A stretch of 64,000 nucleotides of DNA from an uncultured Candidatus Babeliaceae bacterium (GTDB lineage Bacteria; Babelota; Babeliae; Babelales; Babelaceae): assembly GCA_963704655.1 (NCBI GenBank), contig OY969927.1:992001-1056000 (forward strand). The letters run 5' to 3'. Under the pieces are notes generated by a model. It was not told the origin of the DNA. It ran no database searches and saw only the letters and a list, made by a program, of their open reading frames with translations. The position numbers and the translations under genes are program-made. Shown here piece by piece: positions 28,847-37,988 of this stretch (the first letter of the stretch is position 1; each line of letters starts with the position of its first letter).

Positions 28847-29452
28847 TCATTTTTTTGCTAAAACTTGAAGCGCTTTACGCAATAATTGATCAAAAGACAT
28901 CTTAGAAACACCTTCTGCCCCGCGCAATTGGTCAACTGCAAGCAATATTTCCTGGCGGGAATATCCCAAAGAGGTTAATGCATCGGTTAAATCGCGTATA
29001 TGGGTGCTCAAAGAACCTACAGACTGGCCATCTGAAGAGCCTGTATAAAGATCGATTTTTTGAACTTTGTCCTTTAGGCTCAGAATAAGCAATTCTGCCT
29101 TTTTGCGACCAATACCACTAACAGAGCTTAATAAGGCGATATTGCCAGAAACAAGAGCCTCAGCCAAAGCAGTAACCGAAAAAGCAGAAAGTAATGCTAG
29201 TGCCATTCGTGGACCAATGCCAGAAACACTAATAAGTTGAACAAAAAGATCCCGCTGGTTAACTTCAAGAAAACCGAATAATGACGGCCCATTCTCCTGA
29301 CTCCAGTGAAAATAGGTATATAATTGCAGCTCAGAGCCAGCAATAGCCACAATATTTTCTGGAACATATACCTGAAAGCCAAAACCTGCGATTTGAAGCA
29401 CTAGAATGTCATTTTTTTGTGACTGGACCATCCCCTTAAGATAACTAATCAT
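28847..29452 (-). CDS. ruvA: Holliday junction branch migration protein RuvA
   Basis: MISYLKG start, LFGF, HhH motifs VSGIGPR and VSGIGRKKAE, ALTSLGY. Confidence 0.96.
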   Translation of the reverse strand: MISYLKGMVQSQKNDILVLQIAGFGFQVYVPENIVAIAGSELQLYTYFHWSQENGPSLFGFLEVNQRDLFVQLISVSGIGPRMALALLSAFSVTALAEALVSGNIALLSSVSGIGRKKAELLILSLKDKVQKIDLYTGSSDGQSVGSLSTHIRDLTDALTSLGYSRQEILLAVDQLRGAEGVSKMSFDQLLRKALQVLAKK

Positions 29453-29490
29453 AAATAACCCTCTGTTTCTTTACTAAAATAAAATCTTTA

Positions 29491-29518
29491 TTGACAAATA
29501 TAGAGCATATGATACCTT
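29491..29518 (+). promoter_or_regulatory. Promoter of tRNA-Gly
   Basis: TTGACA at 29491, TGa-TACCTT extended -10. Confidence 0.6.
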
Positions 29519-29554
29519 TCTAACTATGCAAGTAGCTGCAAAAAACAGCAACAT

Positions 29555-29630
29555 GCGGGAATAGCTCAGCTGGTAGAGCGTTGCCTTGCCAAGGCAAAGG
29601 TCGCGGGTTCGAATCCCGTTTCCCGCTCCA
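29555..29630 (+). tRNA. tRNA-Gly(GCC)
   Basis: 76-nt cloverleaf GCGGGAA...TTCCCGCTCCA; anticodon GCC at 29588-29590; TTCGAAT T-loop; encoded CCA. Confidence 0.98.
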
Positions 29631-29720
29631 TATAATTCTTTATATTTGTATATCACAGTGTTAACCTTCTACTATCTCTCTATTATTACCTATCGGTAAC
29701 TATTTTTAAAAGGCACAAGT

Positions 29721-30395
29721 ATGAAATCAATAATTCAAGAAGCATCGTCCATAGCAAAAGCAGTCGAAGAAGGCTGGATAAAAGCTCAAAAACCACAGCA
29801 ATTTTCAGTAAAAATACTTGAAGAAGCTGAAAAGAATTTTCTTGGTCTTACAAGAAAATCTGCTAAAGTAGCTATCTTTTTTGACGAACCACAAGTCGCT
29901 AAACCATCTGAGCACAGAGGCGGTCAACAAACATATAAACAGCCGCAAAACACTCAACAACGCCAACAGCAACAGGCTCAGCAACCTCGCCCTGCTTATG
30001 AAAAACAGCAAGCTGCGCAACAGCGTCCTGCTCAACAGCAAGCACCAAGACCGCAATCACAACAGCAATATTCTCAGGCAGCAGAAAGTACTGTTCAAGC
30101 GCCTACGCAGCCTAAAAAGCAATTTGAACCACTTTGGAACCAGGGAATGGTTGACCGCACACAACAGTGGATGCAAGAAGCTTTTAAAAATTCAAATAAC
30201 GAGCATATTCAATTCACCGTTGAACCTCAAAAGTTTCATTTACGCATTACTCTTTCAGCACCGATTTTACCTGACCCAGACAAAGAAAAACAACTTCTTG
30301 CTAGTTTTTCTGCACTTATTTTAGAAACGCTGAAACGCAGCTTTAAAATGTCGCTTCGTGGGCACAAAATTGTACTTACTCATAAAAAGCAATAA
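29721..30395 (+). CDS. jag: Jag/KhpB(EloR) N-terminal domain protein with Gln-rich linker
   Basis: Jag_N-like start (SIAKAVEEG...ILEEAEKNFLGL..KSAKV); position upstream of mnmE is the usual jag-mnmE synteny. Confidence 0.75.
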   Translation: MKSIIQEASSIAKAVEEGWIKAQKPQQFSVKILEEAEKNFLGLTRKSAKVAIFFDEPQVAKPSEHRGGQQTYKQPQNTQQRQQQQAQQPRPAYEKQQAAQQRPAQQQAPRPQSQQQYSQAAESTVQAPTQPKKQFEPLWNQGMVDRTQQWMQEAFKNSNNEHIQFTVEPQKFHLRITLSAPILPDPDKEKQLLASFSALILETLKRSFKMSLRGHKIVLTHKKQ

Positions 30396-30399
30396 TGCT

Positions 30400-30474
30400 G
30401 GTTCGATACACCGTGCACCTGAGTGTTCACCCCTAGGTGAATATATCGAAGGGCACGGCACTCACCATGCACGG
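30400..30474. repeat. Nested palindromic mini-element
   Basis: GGTTCGATACA-[CCGTGC...TTCACC CCTA GGTGAA...GCACGG]-CACTCACCATGCACGG. Confidence 0.7.
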
Positions 30475-30502
30475 GATTATTACTGTATAAATCAATTATT
30501 CT

Positions 30503-31972
30503 ATGGCAGAAACCTTCTTACGTACATTTTCTGATACTATTGTTGCGCTCTGCACACCGCAGGGAAATGGCGCTCTAGCGCTTATTCGCATCAGCGGCCC
30601 AGCATCATGGCAAATAGGTAATAAGCTTATTAGATTAAAATCACACAAAGAGTTACTCTCAGTACCTTCACATACCGTGCATGCAGCAGATATTTATGAC
30701 GGCTCAACTCATATTGATGCTGTTATGGTGCTCGCATTACGCGGACCAAAAACTTTTACGGGTTATGATACGCTGGAAATTACCTGCCACAATAACCCAT
30801 TTATTATTCAATCGATTATCGAACTATGTATTAAACATGGTGCTCGCCCAGCACAACAAGGTGAATTTACACGCCAGGCTTATGAAAATAAAAAGATAGA
30901 TCTTTTACAAGCAGAAGCAATCAACGAACTTATAACTGCGCAAACGCAGGCTGCTTTAAAAAAATCACTCTCGCAACTTGAAGGCAGCTTAAGCGGCCAT
31001 GTTGCTACCATTGAAGATATGTTATGCAAATCAATCGCCTGGTGCGAATCAAGCTTTGAATTTCTGGATGACACAGGCGATTTTTTTAAAGAAATTGCTC
31101 AATTCCTACATACAATTATTGAAACTATACAACCGATTATTTCTGGCTATGCTGCACAAAAACAGATTCGCCAGGGATATCGAGTAGCTTTAATCGGTTC
31201 TGTTAACGCGGGTAAATCATCACTTTTCAATCTTTTAATTGGCCAAAAACGCGCTATTGTTACCCCTATTGCTGGAACTACGCGGGACAGCATTGAAAGC
31301 ACTTGTATTTTGGGCGATATAACAATCACGTTTATCGATACGGCAGGTTTACGGACAACTGCTGATGTTATTGAGCAAGAGGGTATTGAGCGCTCTTATA
31401 GCGAAGCCCATGCAGCAGACGTGATACTTTTGGTTATTGATGGCAGCAGGCAGGTTACTGAACAAGAAGATATTATTTATGCAGATCTACTTGAAAAATA
31501 CCCTCAAAAAAATATTTTTATTCAAAATAAATCAGATTTGCCAATTTCGACATGCTTCGATACATCAGCCTCTTCGAGACTGCCACTCAGCACGCACGGT
31601 AGTGGGCCGCTCGTGGTGAGCAAAGTCGAATCCATAGCGGCTAAACTGCAAGCAATACTCAAAGTTTCGTCATTTTCTGAAGAATCTAAAAAATTACTAG
31701 AAACAGAGATCGTAAAGAAAATCTCTGCGCTTTCCCAGCACCATGAGCTGCCATTTTTAATAAATAAGCGCCATTATGAACTTTTACAGGCTGTTTACCA
31801 AGATGCAAGAGCCATAATCGCCATGCTTGAAAATACAGGGACCACACCGCATTACGAGCTTATTTCACATCATTTAAAACAAGCACTGGAACACATGAGC
31901 GAATTGACCGGTAAAACGGTTAGCGAACAAGCTCTTGATCGTGTCTTTAAAGAATTCTGCGTCGGCAAGTAA
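30503..31972 (+). CDS. mnmE: tRNA modification GTPase MnmE (TrmE), with in-frame repeat insertion
   Basis: DTIVALCTP, GSVNAGKSS, GTTRD, DTAG, NKSD, C-terminal FCVGK. Confidence 0.97.
   Translation: MAETFLRTFSDTIVALCTPQGNGALALIRISGPASWQIGNKLIRLKSHKELLSVPSHTVHAADIYDGSTHIDAVMVLALRGPKTFTGYDTLEITCHNNPFIIQSIIELCIKHGARPAQQGEFTRQAYENKKIDLLQAEAINELITAQTQAALKKSLSQLEGSLSGHVATIEDMLCKSIAWCESSFEFLDDTGDFFKEIAQFLHTIIETIQPIISGYAAQKQIRQGYRVALIGSVNAGKSSLFNLLIGQKRAIVTPIAGTTRDSIESTCILGDITITFIDTAGLRTTADVIEQEGIERSYSEAHAADVILLVIDGSRQVTEQEDIIYADLLEKYPQKNIFIQNKSDLPISTCFDTSASSRLPLSTHGSGPLVVSKVESIAAKLQAILKVSSFSEESKKLLETEIVKKISALSQHHELPFLINKRHYELLQAVYQDARAIIAMLENTGTTPHYELISHHLKQALEHMSELTGKTVSEQALDRVFKEFCVGK
31554..31632. 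repeat. Palindromic mini-element pair inside the mnmE coding sequence
   Basis: GCTTCGATACA...CACTCAGCACGCACGG followed by inverted CCGCTCGTGGTGAGCAAAGTCGAA. Confidence 0.75.
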
Positions 31973-31983
31973 TTCGGTGACAC

Positions 31984-32535
31984 CTAAATAGGTGAGGTTA
32001 TCAGCAAATAGCCTACACCCACTAATATCATAGAAAATTGAAATAAGAATGTATCATCAATCTCTTGTGTAGAAGTTTTTGTTATTTTTGTACATTTATG
32101 AAAAACAAATTTTCTATTTTCTTTATTTAACTTAAACCACAAAACTTCTTCAATTGGTTTACTTGATAATGGATTTTTAAAAGGTGTATCTGATTCGATA
32201 ACATCTTCAAAAATTGAAGGGTTCCAGCCCCCAATAAGCCAACTGTTAAGAAGTTCGCCATCAAAGACATAGCAAAATTGATTATCACCCATTTTTGTTT
32301 GTGTAACACCTATAGTGTACTTATCAGCATTATTTAATCTATCTTTGAATGGTTCAAGCGATAAACTTTCCTTTACACAGGTATCTAAATACATTTTTTC
32401 ACTTTTCCACTGACACTGCGGGGCACAAGTAGCTTTCTCATATTCCTTAAACTGTACAGGAAATTCAATCTTAATAAGCTCATTATCAAATGAATAGAGA
32501 CTTGTAATAAATAAAAGCGATAAAAAACAAAACAC
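31984..32535 (-). CDS. Hypothetical protein with signal peptide and C-terminal TM
   Basis: GGGGA RBS; hydrophobic N- and C-termini. Confidence 0.65.
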   Translation of the reverse strand: MFCFLSLLFITSLYSFDNELIKIEFPVQFKEYEKATCAPQCQWKSEKMYLDTCVKESLSLEPFKDRLNNADKYTIGVTQTKMGDNQFCYVFDGELLNSWLIGGWNPSIFEDVIESDTPFKNPLSSKPIEEVLWFKLNKENRKFVFHKCTKITKTSTQEIDDTFLFQFSMILVGVGYLLITSPI

Positions 32536-32566
32536 ATTATCCCCTAATGTTTAACGCATACGCAAA

Positions 32567-32611
32567 AAGAAGCCTTTAATCAACACTAGTTAGTGTAACT
32601 AAAGGCTTCTT
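32567..32611. terminator. Intrinsic terminator (long hairpin)
   Basis: AAGAAGCCTTTA...TAAAGGCTTCTT. Confidence 0.75.
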
Positions 32612-32650
32612 GGTTATCAATACGACGCGTTAATATATATAACGCATAAT

Positions 32651-33262
32651 TTATGCAGCCGGAGCTATATCTATAGCAATAAACTCGACGCGGCGGTTTG
32701 GTGCCTGTTGTTCTTTATTGCCACTCGGCACAACACACATTTCATTTCCACGGCCAACCAAAGTAATCTTTTCTTTTGGGATACCATTTTTTACAAAGTA
32801 TTTATACACACACTGGGCACGTTGCTCAGAAAGATGCATATTATACTCAGCAGAACCTGCGAACTTACAAGCATGTCCTTCAATGACTATCTTCTTACCC
32901 TGAGCTATCAACTTTTTAGCTCGAGCCAAATTATTCTCCATAGCGCCGGCTTGAGCTGGTTTCATACAATCAGCATCAAATTCAAAGTAAATAGGCATAA
33001 ACCCGTGGCGGGACTGTTCAATCACTATATCGCCTTCAGATTCATCAATGAGAGCAAAACCCTCTTGAGGCCCAAAAGCAGACTCATCTTCATCAATAAC
33101 AAAAGCCTCAAGGTCGCCATCAAAGACAGAAACGGTCTTTTGTGACGTTGTTTGCGCCCCAGAAGCTTTAGCTGGCATAGTAGAAGTTTTCTTTTTACAA
33201 GCAGGAGCAATAATAACCCCTAATAAAAGACATACTATAAATTTTAATCTTAATTTGTGCAT
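32651..33262 (-). CDS. pal: OmpA/Pal-family peptidoglycan-associated lipoprotein
   Basis: Lipobox IAPAC; IYFEFD, IEGHAC, YNMHLSEQRA, NRRVE. Confidence 0.85.
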   Translation of the reverse strand: MHKLRLKFIVCLLLGVIIAPACKKKTSTMPAKASGAQTTSQKTVSVFDGDLEAFVIDEDESAFGPQEGFALIDESEGDIVIEQSRHGFMPIYFEFDADCMKPAQAGAMENNLARAKKLIAQGKKIVIEGHACKFAGSAEYNMHLSEQRAQCVYKYFVKNGIPKEKITLVGRGNEMCVVPSGNKEQQAPNRRVEFIAIDIAPAA

Positions 33263-33416
33263 AAAAAGGCTCCTTAATTTAAAAAAATGCTACGTTGTGA
33301 GACTTTATCATATTTTTTTTTGCTTTTCTACTTATTCTTTTATGCATAGGATAGTATACTGAAAGTAAAAGAATTTATTGACTGTCCTTTTGACGGTTAT
33401 TTATGGATATATACTT

Positions 33417-34949
33417 ATGAAAAAAATCTTAATAAATGATTCGCTATGGCAAAAACGTATTGCCATAACACGCGAAGAACTTCTCCAGAACGTCTATTTT
33501 GACACTCTTACGAGCAATAACCTCGAGCGTTGTTACTTTAAAGGTACCATAACTCGTGTATTGCCCGGCATACAGACTGCTTTCGTTGATATAGGCCAAG
33601 AACGTGCCGGCTTTCTGCATATCTCTGAGATCGACCGCGAATTAGCCATAAAAAGGCTTGGTAGTCCAGAAACGGACCAGGGCCAAGAAAATCTTGACGA
33701 AATAGACGAAACAACTTCTGCTTATTCAGCCGAGTCACTTTCACAACCTATTAGCATCGATAAGATATTTCATGAGGGTGAAACAGTTCTTGTTCAGGTT
33801 ATCAAGGAACCAATCAATGAAAAAGGGGCAAAACTATCTACCTGCTTTACGCTGCCAGGACGCTTTATTGTTTTAATGCCAAACATCCCACGCATCGGCA
33901 TTTCAAAAAAAATCGAAGAGCGAGAAGAGCGCCAGCGCCTTAAAGAACTTCTTTTAAGTAACCTTCCTCAAGGCATGGGCGCTATTATTCGAACAACTTC
34001 CGAGGGCCAAGCATCTACTGATATCATACAAGATCTCAATTATTTAGTTCAGACCTGGCATCAATTGTATGACCGTTATCAAAAAGCGCAGCCGGGACAA
34101 AAGGTATACGAAGATATCGAAATGGGCCTACAGATTGTTCGCGATCATCTTGATAAAGATGTTGAAGCGATTATTTGTGACAATAAGCAAACCCAAGCCG
34201 CTGTTTATAAATTCGTACGTAACAGTGCACCCGAGTTTGCTAATATCGTAAAACTTTATGAAGGGGAGATGCCTCTTTTTAAATATTTTAATATCGAAGC
34301 TCAAATTGAAGCGGCTCTAGAGACAAAGGTTTCACTTGATTCTGGTGGTTCTATCATTATAGAAAGCACTGAGGCAATGACGGTTATCGACGTTAATAGT
34401 GGTCGCTATACTGGTAAAACGAGCCTTGAAGAGACGATTTTAAAGATCAACCTTGAAGCTGCTGCAGAAGTCGTGCGCCAATTACGCTTGCGTAATATTG
34501 GTGGTCTTATTGTTATCGATTTTATCGATATGGCAGCGCACCAGAACCGCCAGCGCTTATTTAAGTTCTTAGAAAAGACTCTTAAAGAACGTGATAAGTT
34601 CCAGTCTGTTGTCTTACGCGTGTCTGAGTTTGGTTTGGTTCAAATGACCAGAAAACGCTCGGGGAAAACCCTTGCGCAACAGCTCATGCGGACATGTAGC
34701 GAATGTCATGGTCTTGGCATGGTTAAATCACTTGAGACAGAAAGTTATGCGATATTGCGCCATATTAAAGAAGAGCTGCAATTCAAGCGCCTTTCTGGAT
34801 TAATCACCCTTTCTGTGCATACACAGGTGTTTAACTACTTAGTGAGCCACCAGTATAATGCACTATTAGCACTCGAAAAAGAATTTAATTGCAAAATCAC
34901 TTTAGCTACGGCAGAACATGCTGAACATAAAACATTTACAGTTTCATAA
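33417..34949 (+). CDS. rng: Ribonuclease G/E family endoribonuclease
   Basis: AFVDIG, GFLH, DVNSG, LRNIGGLIVIDFIDM, CxxC; no long C-terminal scaffold; start reset to MKKILIN. Confidence 0.93.
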   Translation: MKKILINDSLWQKRIAITREELLQNVYFDTLTSNNLERCYFKGTITRVLPGIQTAFVDIGQERAGFLHISEIDRELAIKRLGSPETDQGQENLDEIDETTSAYSAESLSQPISIDKIFHEGETVLVQVIKEPINEKGAKLSTCFTLPGRFIVLMPNIPRIGISKKIEEREERQRLKELLLSNLPQGMGAIIRTTSEGQASTDIIQDLNYLVQTWHQLYDRYQKAQPGQKVYEDIEMGLQIVRDHLDKDVEAIICDNKQTQAAVYKFVRNSAPEFANIVKLYEGEMPLFKYFNIEAQIEAALETKVSLDSGGSIIIESTEAMTVIDVNSGRYTGKTSLEETILKINLEAAAEVVRQLRLRNIGGLIVIDFIDMAAHQNRQRLFKFLEKTLKERDKFQSVVLRVSEFGLVQMTRKRSGKTLAQQLMRTCSECHGLGMVKSLETESYAILRHIKEELQFKRLSGLITLSVHTQVFNYLVSHQYNALLALEKEFNCKITLATAEHAEHKTFTVS

Positions 34950-34967
34950 GTAAAAAAATAAACAACA

Positions 34968-34998
34968 AAAAAAGGGTGTCTTTTCGACACCCTTTTTT
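34968..34998. terminator. Bidirectional terminator
   Basis: AAAAAAGGGTGTC-TTTTC-GACACCCTTTTTT. Confidence 0.9.
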
Positions 34999-35014
34999 TA
35001 TCTAAATTTAAATA

Positions 35015-36316
35015 TTAAGCGTGGGATATTTTGTATGCCTGCGCGTCGACAAGAAGCTCAACAACAAGCCTTTGCAGATTTTCTGCAAATCGTGGTTTTT
35101 CAAAGTCTTTTAGATTTTGTTTGCACTTTTCGTAAAAATCACGATCAAAAAGATATTTTTCTAAAAGTTTATCCAAGCCACGAAGACTTGTAACGCCCTG
35201 TCCAAAACCATGCTGAGTAATAAAATCTATATTAAGCGCTTCCCAACTCAACACACGTGATGTGCTGTCTAAAAGCAACGGAACCTGTGCATGTACTGCT
35301 TCCATAACGCTAACCGTGCCACATTTTGTTATTAGAATATCTGACATAGCCATAATGTCTGGCATTTTATCAGTAAAACCAATAATGGACATAGTAATAT
35401 GATACGGTAATTTAATTCTTTCTATCTTTTTGCGTAACGCCTCATTGCGGCCCAGACAGACAATAATATGCAATGCGTGCTTGCTATGAGAAAGCGTTTT
35501 AACATAATCATACGTCGAAGATGAACCGGCGGCGCCCATTAATACTGTAACCACAGGTTTGGTAAGCGGCACACCAAAGTCATTTTTAAGTTTTTTCACA
35601 TTTTTCTTGCTAAAAAATTCCTGTCTTATCGGAAAACCACCAACAACAATTCTTTCTTCAGGAATTCCTGCGGGCTTTAAAGTCTTGATAAGATCGTTGT
35701 CATTAAAAGGTACTATATATCGATACAACTCATATTCCGTAGGACTATTATTAAGACCCGTTATAAACATAGTATGATCTAAATCTGTGGGGATTATAAT
35801 AAGAGGTATCCCTCTTTTTTTTGCAACAGCTAAAAGTGAGTTATTTACGGTTGGCATTACTGAAATCATAAGATCTGGTGGATTAAGATCAAGAAAATCA
35901 GAAATGAGCTTCTGCATTTTTTTGTCTTGAAGGGGCATATTATGCCTACCATAGGCACAAAGGGTATTAGTAAACCAAACATATTTATTGGTAATAAGAT
36001 AATTATAAAGATCTTCTGCTGACGAATACTCAAAGGTAGCTTGTTTAACAAAATCTAAAGGGGCAAGAACATCTCGAAGCATGTATACATCAGCAATTTC
36101 ATAACTATCTTGCAAGATAGTACGCACAGCACGAGCTGCAGATACATGGCCTCCGCCACCACAGCTAGTAAAAGTTATAATTCTTTTTTTAGCTATCTTC
36201 ACCTGCTTTTCCTCAGGAAAAACACGTTTAGCATAAGGTTTTGGGCGCTTACATCCAGTGAATAGACCCAACACAAGAATAATTGACAGGTAGAGTTTTT
36301 TATTAAAGATATCCAT
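35015..36316 (-). CDS. GT28-family glycosyltransferase (MGDG synthase/UgtP-like)
   Basis: GGGGHVSAARA, PTD, GFPIR, GFTDKMPDIMAMSDILITKCG; start reset to MDIFNKK. Confidence 0.85.
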   Translation of the reverse strand: MDIFNKKLYLSIILVLGLFTGCKRPKPYAKRVFPEEKQVKIAKKRIITFTSCGGGGHVSAARAVRTILQDSYEIADVYMLRDVLAPLDFVKQATFEYSSAEDLYNYLITNKYVWFTNTLCAYGRHNMPLQDKKMQKLISDFLDLNPPDLMISVMPTVNNSLLAVAKKRGIPLIIIPTDLDHTMFITGLNNSPTEYELYRYIVPFNDNDLIKTLKPAGIPEERIVVGGFPIRQEFFSKKNVKKLKNDFGVPLTKPVVTVLMGAAGSSSTYDYVKTLSHSKHALHIIVCLGRNEALRKKIERIKLPYHITMSIIGFTDKMPDIMAMSDILITKCGTVSVMEAVHAQVPLLLDSTSRVLSWEALNIDFITQHGFGQGVTSLRGLDKLLEKYLFDRDFYEKCKQNLKDFEKPRFAENLQRLVVELLVDAQAYKISHA

Positions 36317-36451
36317 ATAAAATAGAGTATACCGCGGCAACTTAGTTTTGACAAATCCCCCCATTTTTTAAAAAAAGCTAGCTGATTGTCAAATACGCCA
36401 GATGTGAGATAATTATCTACAAAGTAACTTATTATCCCGCAAAGGCATTAC

Positions 36452-37900
36452 ATGGCAGAAAAAGAAAATCTTTTAAAGTCGGGCTACGAAACCGTAATTG
36501 GTATCGAGGTCCATGTTCAATTAACCACTCAAAGCAAGATCTTCTGCCAATGCCCGAATATTGTAAGTCACGAACAAAATTCAACAATATGCCAAATTTG
36601 CGCTGGTCACCCTGGCGTTCTTCCAGTACTTAATAAAGAAGTACCCCACAGGGCGATTATGGTTGGCCTTGCAACAAACTGTGCGATCACTCAAGACAAC
36701 TTTTTCGCACGTAAGCATTACTTTTATCCGGATTTGCCAAAAGCGTACCAAATAACCCAAAGCACTGAACCAATTTGCAAAAATGGTTATTTAGAAATTC
36801 CCTTAGAAGATGGCACGTTTAAAAAAATTAGAATTAATCGTATTCATATGGAAGAGGATGCCGGCAAAAACCTGCATAGCACATTAACCAACGAAAGTTA
36901 TGTTGATTTAAATCGTGCAGGAACACCTCTTTTAGAAATTGTTACCGAACCAGACATATCAAGTCCCTATGAAGCACGCATGTACCTAAAAATGCTGCGC
37001 AATATTGTTATGTACCTCAATGTGGGTACTGCCAATATGGAAGAAGGGGCATTCAGAGCCGATACTAATATCTCAGTACGTAAACCTGGTGCGCCACTTG
37101 GCACTAAATGTGAGCTAAAAAATATTAACTCTTTCAAGTTTATTAGCGATGCTATTGAATATGAAGTTGAACGCCAAATTACAATCATAGAAGATGGCGG
37201 CAAAATCATTCAAGAAACGCGCCTCTGGGACACCAAAGAACAAAAAACTGTTCCTATGCGTGGCAAAGAAGAAGCGGCAGATTATCGCTATTTCCCGGAC
37301 CCAGATATCCCAGCATTACATATTGATAATGGCTGGATAACAAAAGTAAAAGCAGAATTGCCTGAATTGCCAAATCAACGATATCAACGCTATCTTGATC
37401 TTGGTTTAACACCTTATGAAGCAGACGTTTTAATTAACGATATTGAGGTTGCTGATTATTACGACAAAACTATCACATTCACTAAAAGTCCGTTACTTAT
37501 AAATTGGATATTACGTGAATTGATGGCGTTTATAAAAGAAGAAAAAGTCTCGCTTGCTGAATGCAAGATGACACCACAGCTACTTGCTGAGCTTATTACT
37601 CTACTTGATAACAAAGTAATTAATACGCGTGCCGCACAAGAAGTCTTTGAAGTGGTTGCAAAGACTGGCAATTCGCCGCAAGCTATTGTTAAAGAACGTG
37701 GTCTTGAACAAATGGGCTCATCTGAAGAACTTGAAAAGATTATCAAAGAAATTATCGACGCAAATCCGCATAATGTTGCCGAATACAAATCTGGCAAAAC
37801 AAAATTATGGGGATTCTTCGTTGGTCAGGCGATGCAGAAAACCAAAGGTAACGGCAACCCGCAAATTATTAACGACCTTCTTAAAAAATATCTTTCGTAA
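36452..37900 (+). CDS. gatB: Asp/Glu-tRNA amidotransferase subunit B
   Basis: IGIEVHVQL, YFYPDLPK, HMEEDAGK, DLNRAGTPLLEIV, DYRYFPDPD. Confidence 0.98.
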   Translation: MAEKENLLKSGYETVIGIEVHVQLTTQSKIFCQCPNIVSHEQNSTICQICAGHPGVLPVLNKEVPHRAIMVGLATNCAITQDNFFARKHYFYPDLPKAYQITQSTEPICKNGYLEIPLEDGTFKKIRINRIHMEEDAGKNLHSTLTNESYVDLNRAGTPLLEIVTEPDISSPYEARMYLKMLRNIVMYLNVGTANMEEGAFRADTNISVRKPGAPLGTKCELKNINSFKFISDAIEYEVERQITIIEDGGKIIQETRLWDTKEQKTVPMRGKEEAADYRYFPDPDIPALHIDNGWITKVKAELPELPNQRYQRYLDLGLTPYEADVLINDIEVADYYDKTITFTKSPLLINWILRELMAFIKEEKVSLAECKMTPQLLAELITLLDNKVINTRAAQEVFEVVAKTGNSPQAIVKERGLEQMGSSEELEKIIKEIIDANPHNVAEYKSGKTKLWGFFVGQAMQKTKGNGNPQIINDLLKKYLS

Positions 37901-37918
37901 TACACATACTTATAAAAT

Positions 37919-37970
37919 TAATAAAAAAAATAGAGAGCAAAAAAATTGCTCTCTATTTTTTTTATTATTA
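37919..37970. terminator. Bidirectional terminator
   Basis: TAATAAAAAAAATAGAGAGCAA...TTGCTCTCTATTTTTTTATTA between gatB and aspS. Confidence 0.88.
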
Positions 37971-37988
37971 ACGTTGCTTAAAAAATAA

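Noticed and set aside
28847-29452. ruvA without ruvB/ruvC
   Set aside because: Dispersal of ruv genes is common; partners may lie outside the window
29555-29630. tRNA-Gly as island integration site
   Set aside because: No integrase and I saw no duplicated tRNA 3' end in the window
29474-29656. 60-aa minus-strand ORF
   Set aside because: Antisense reading of tRNA-Gly
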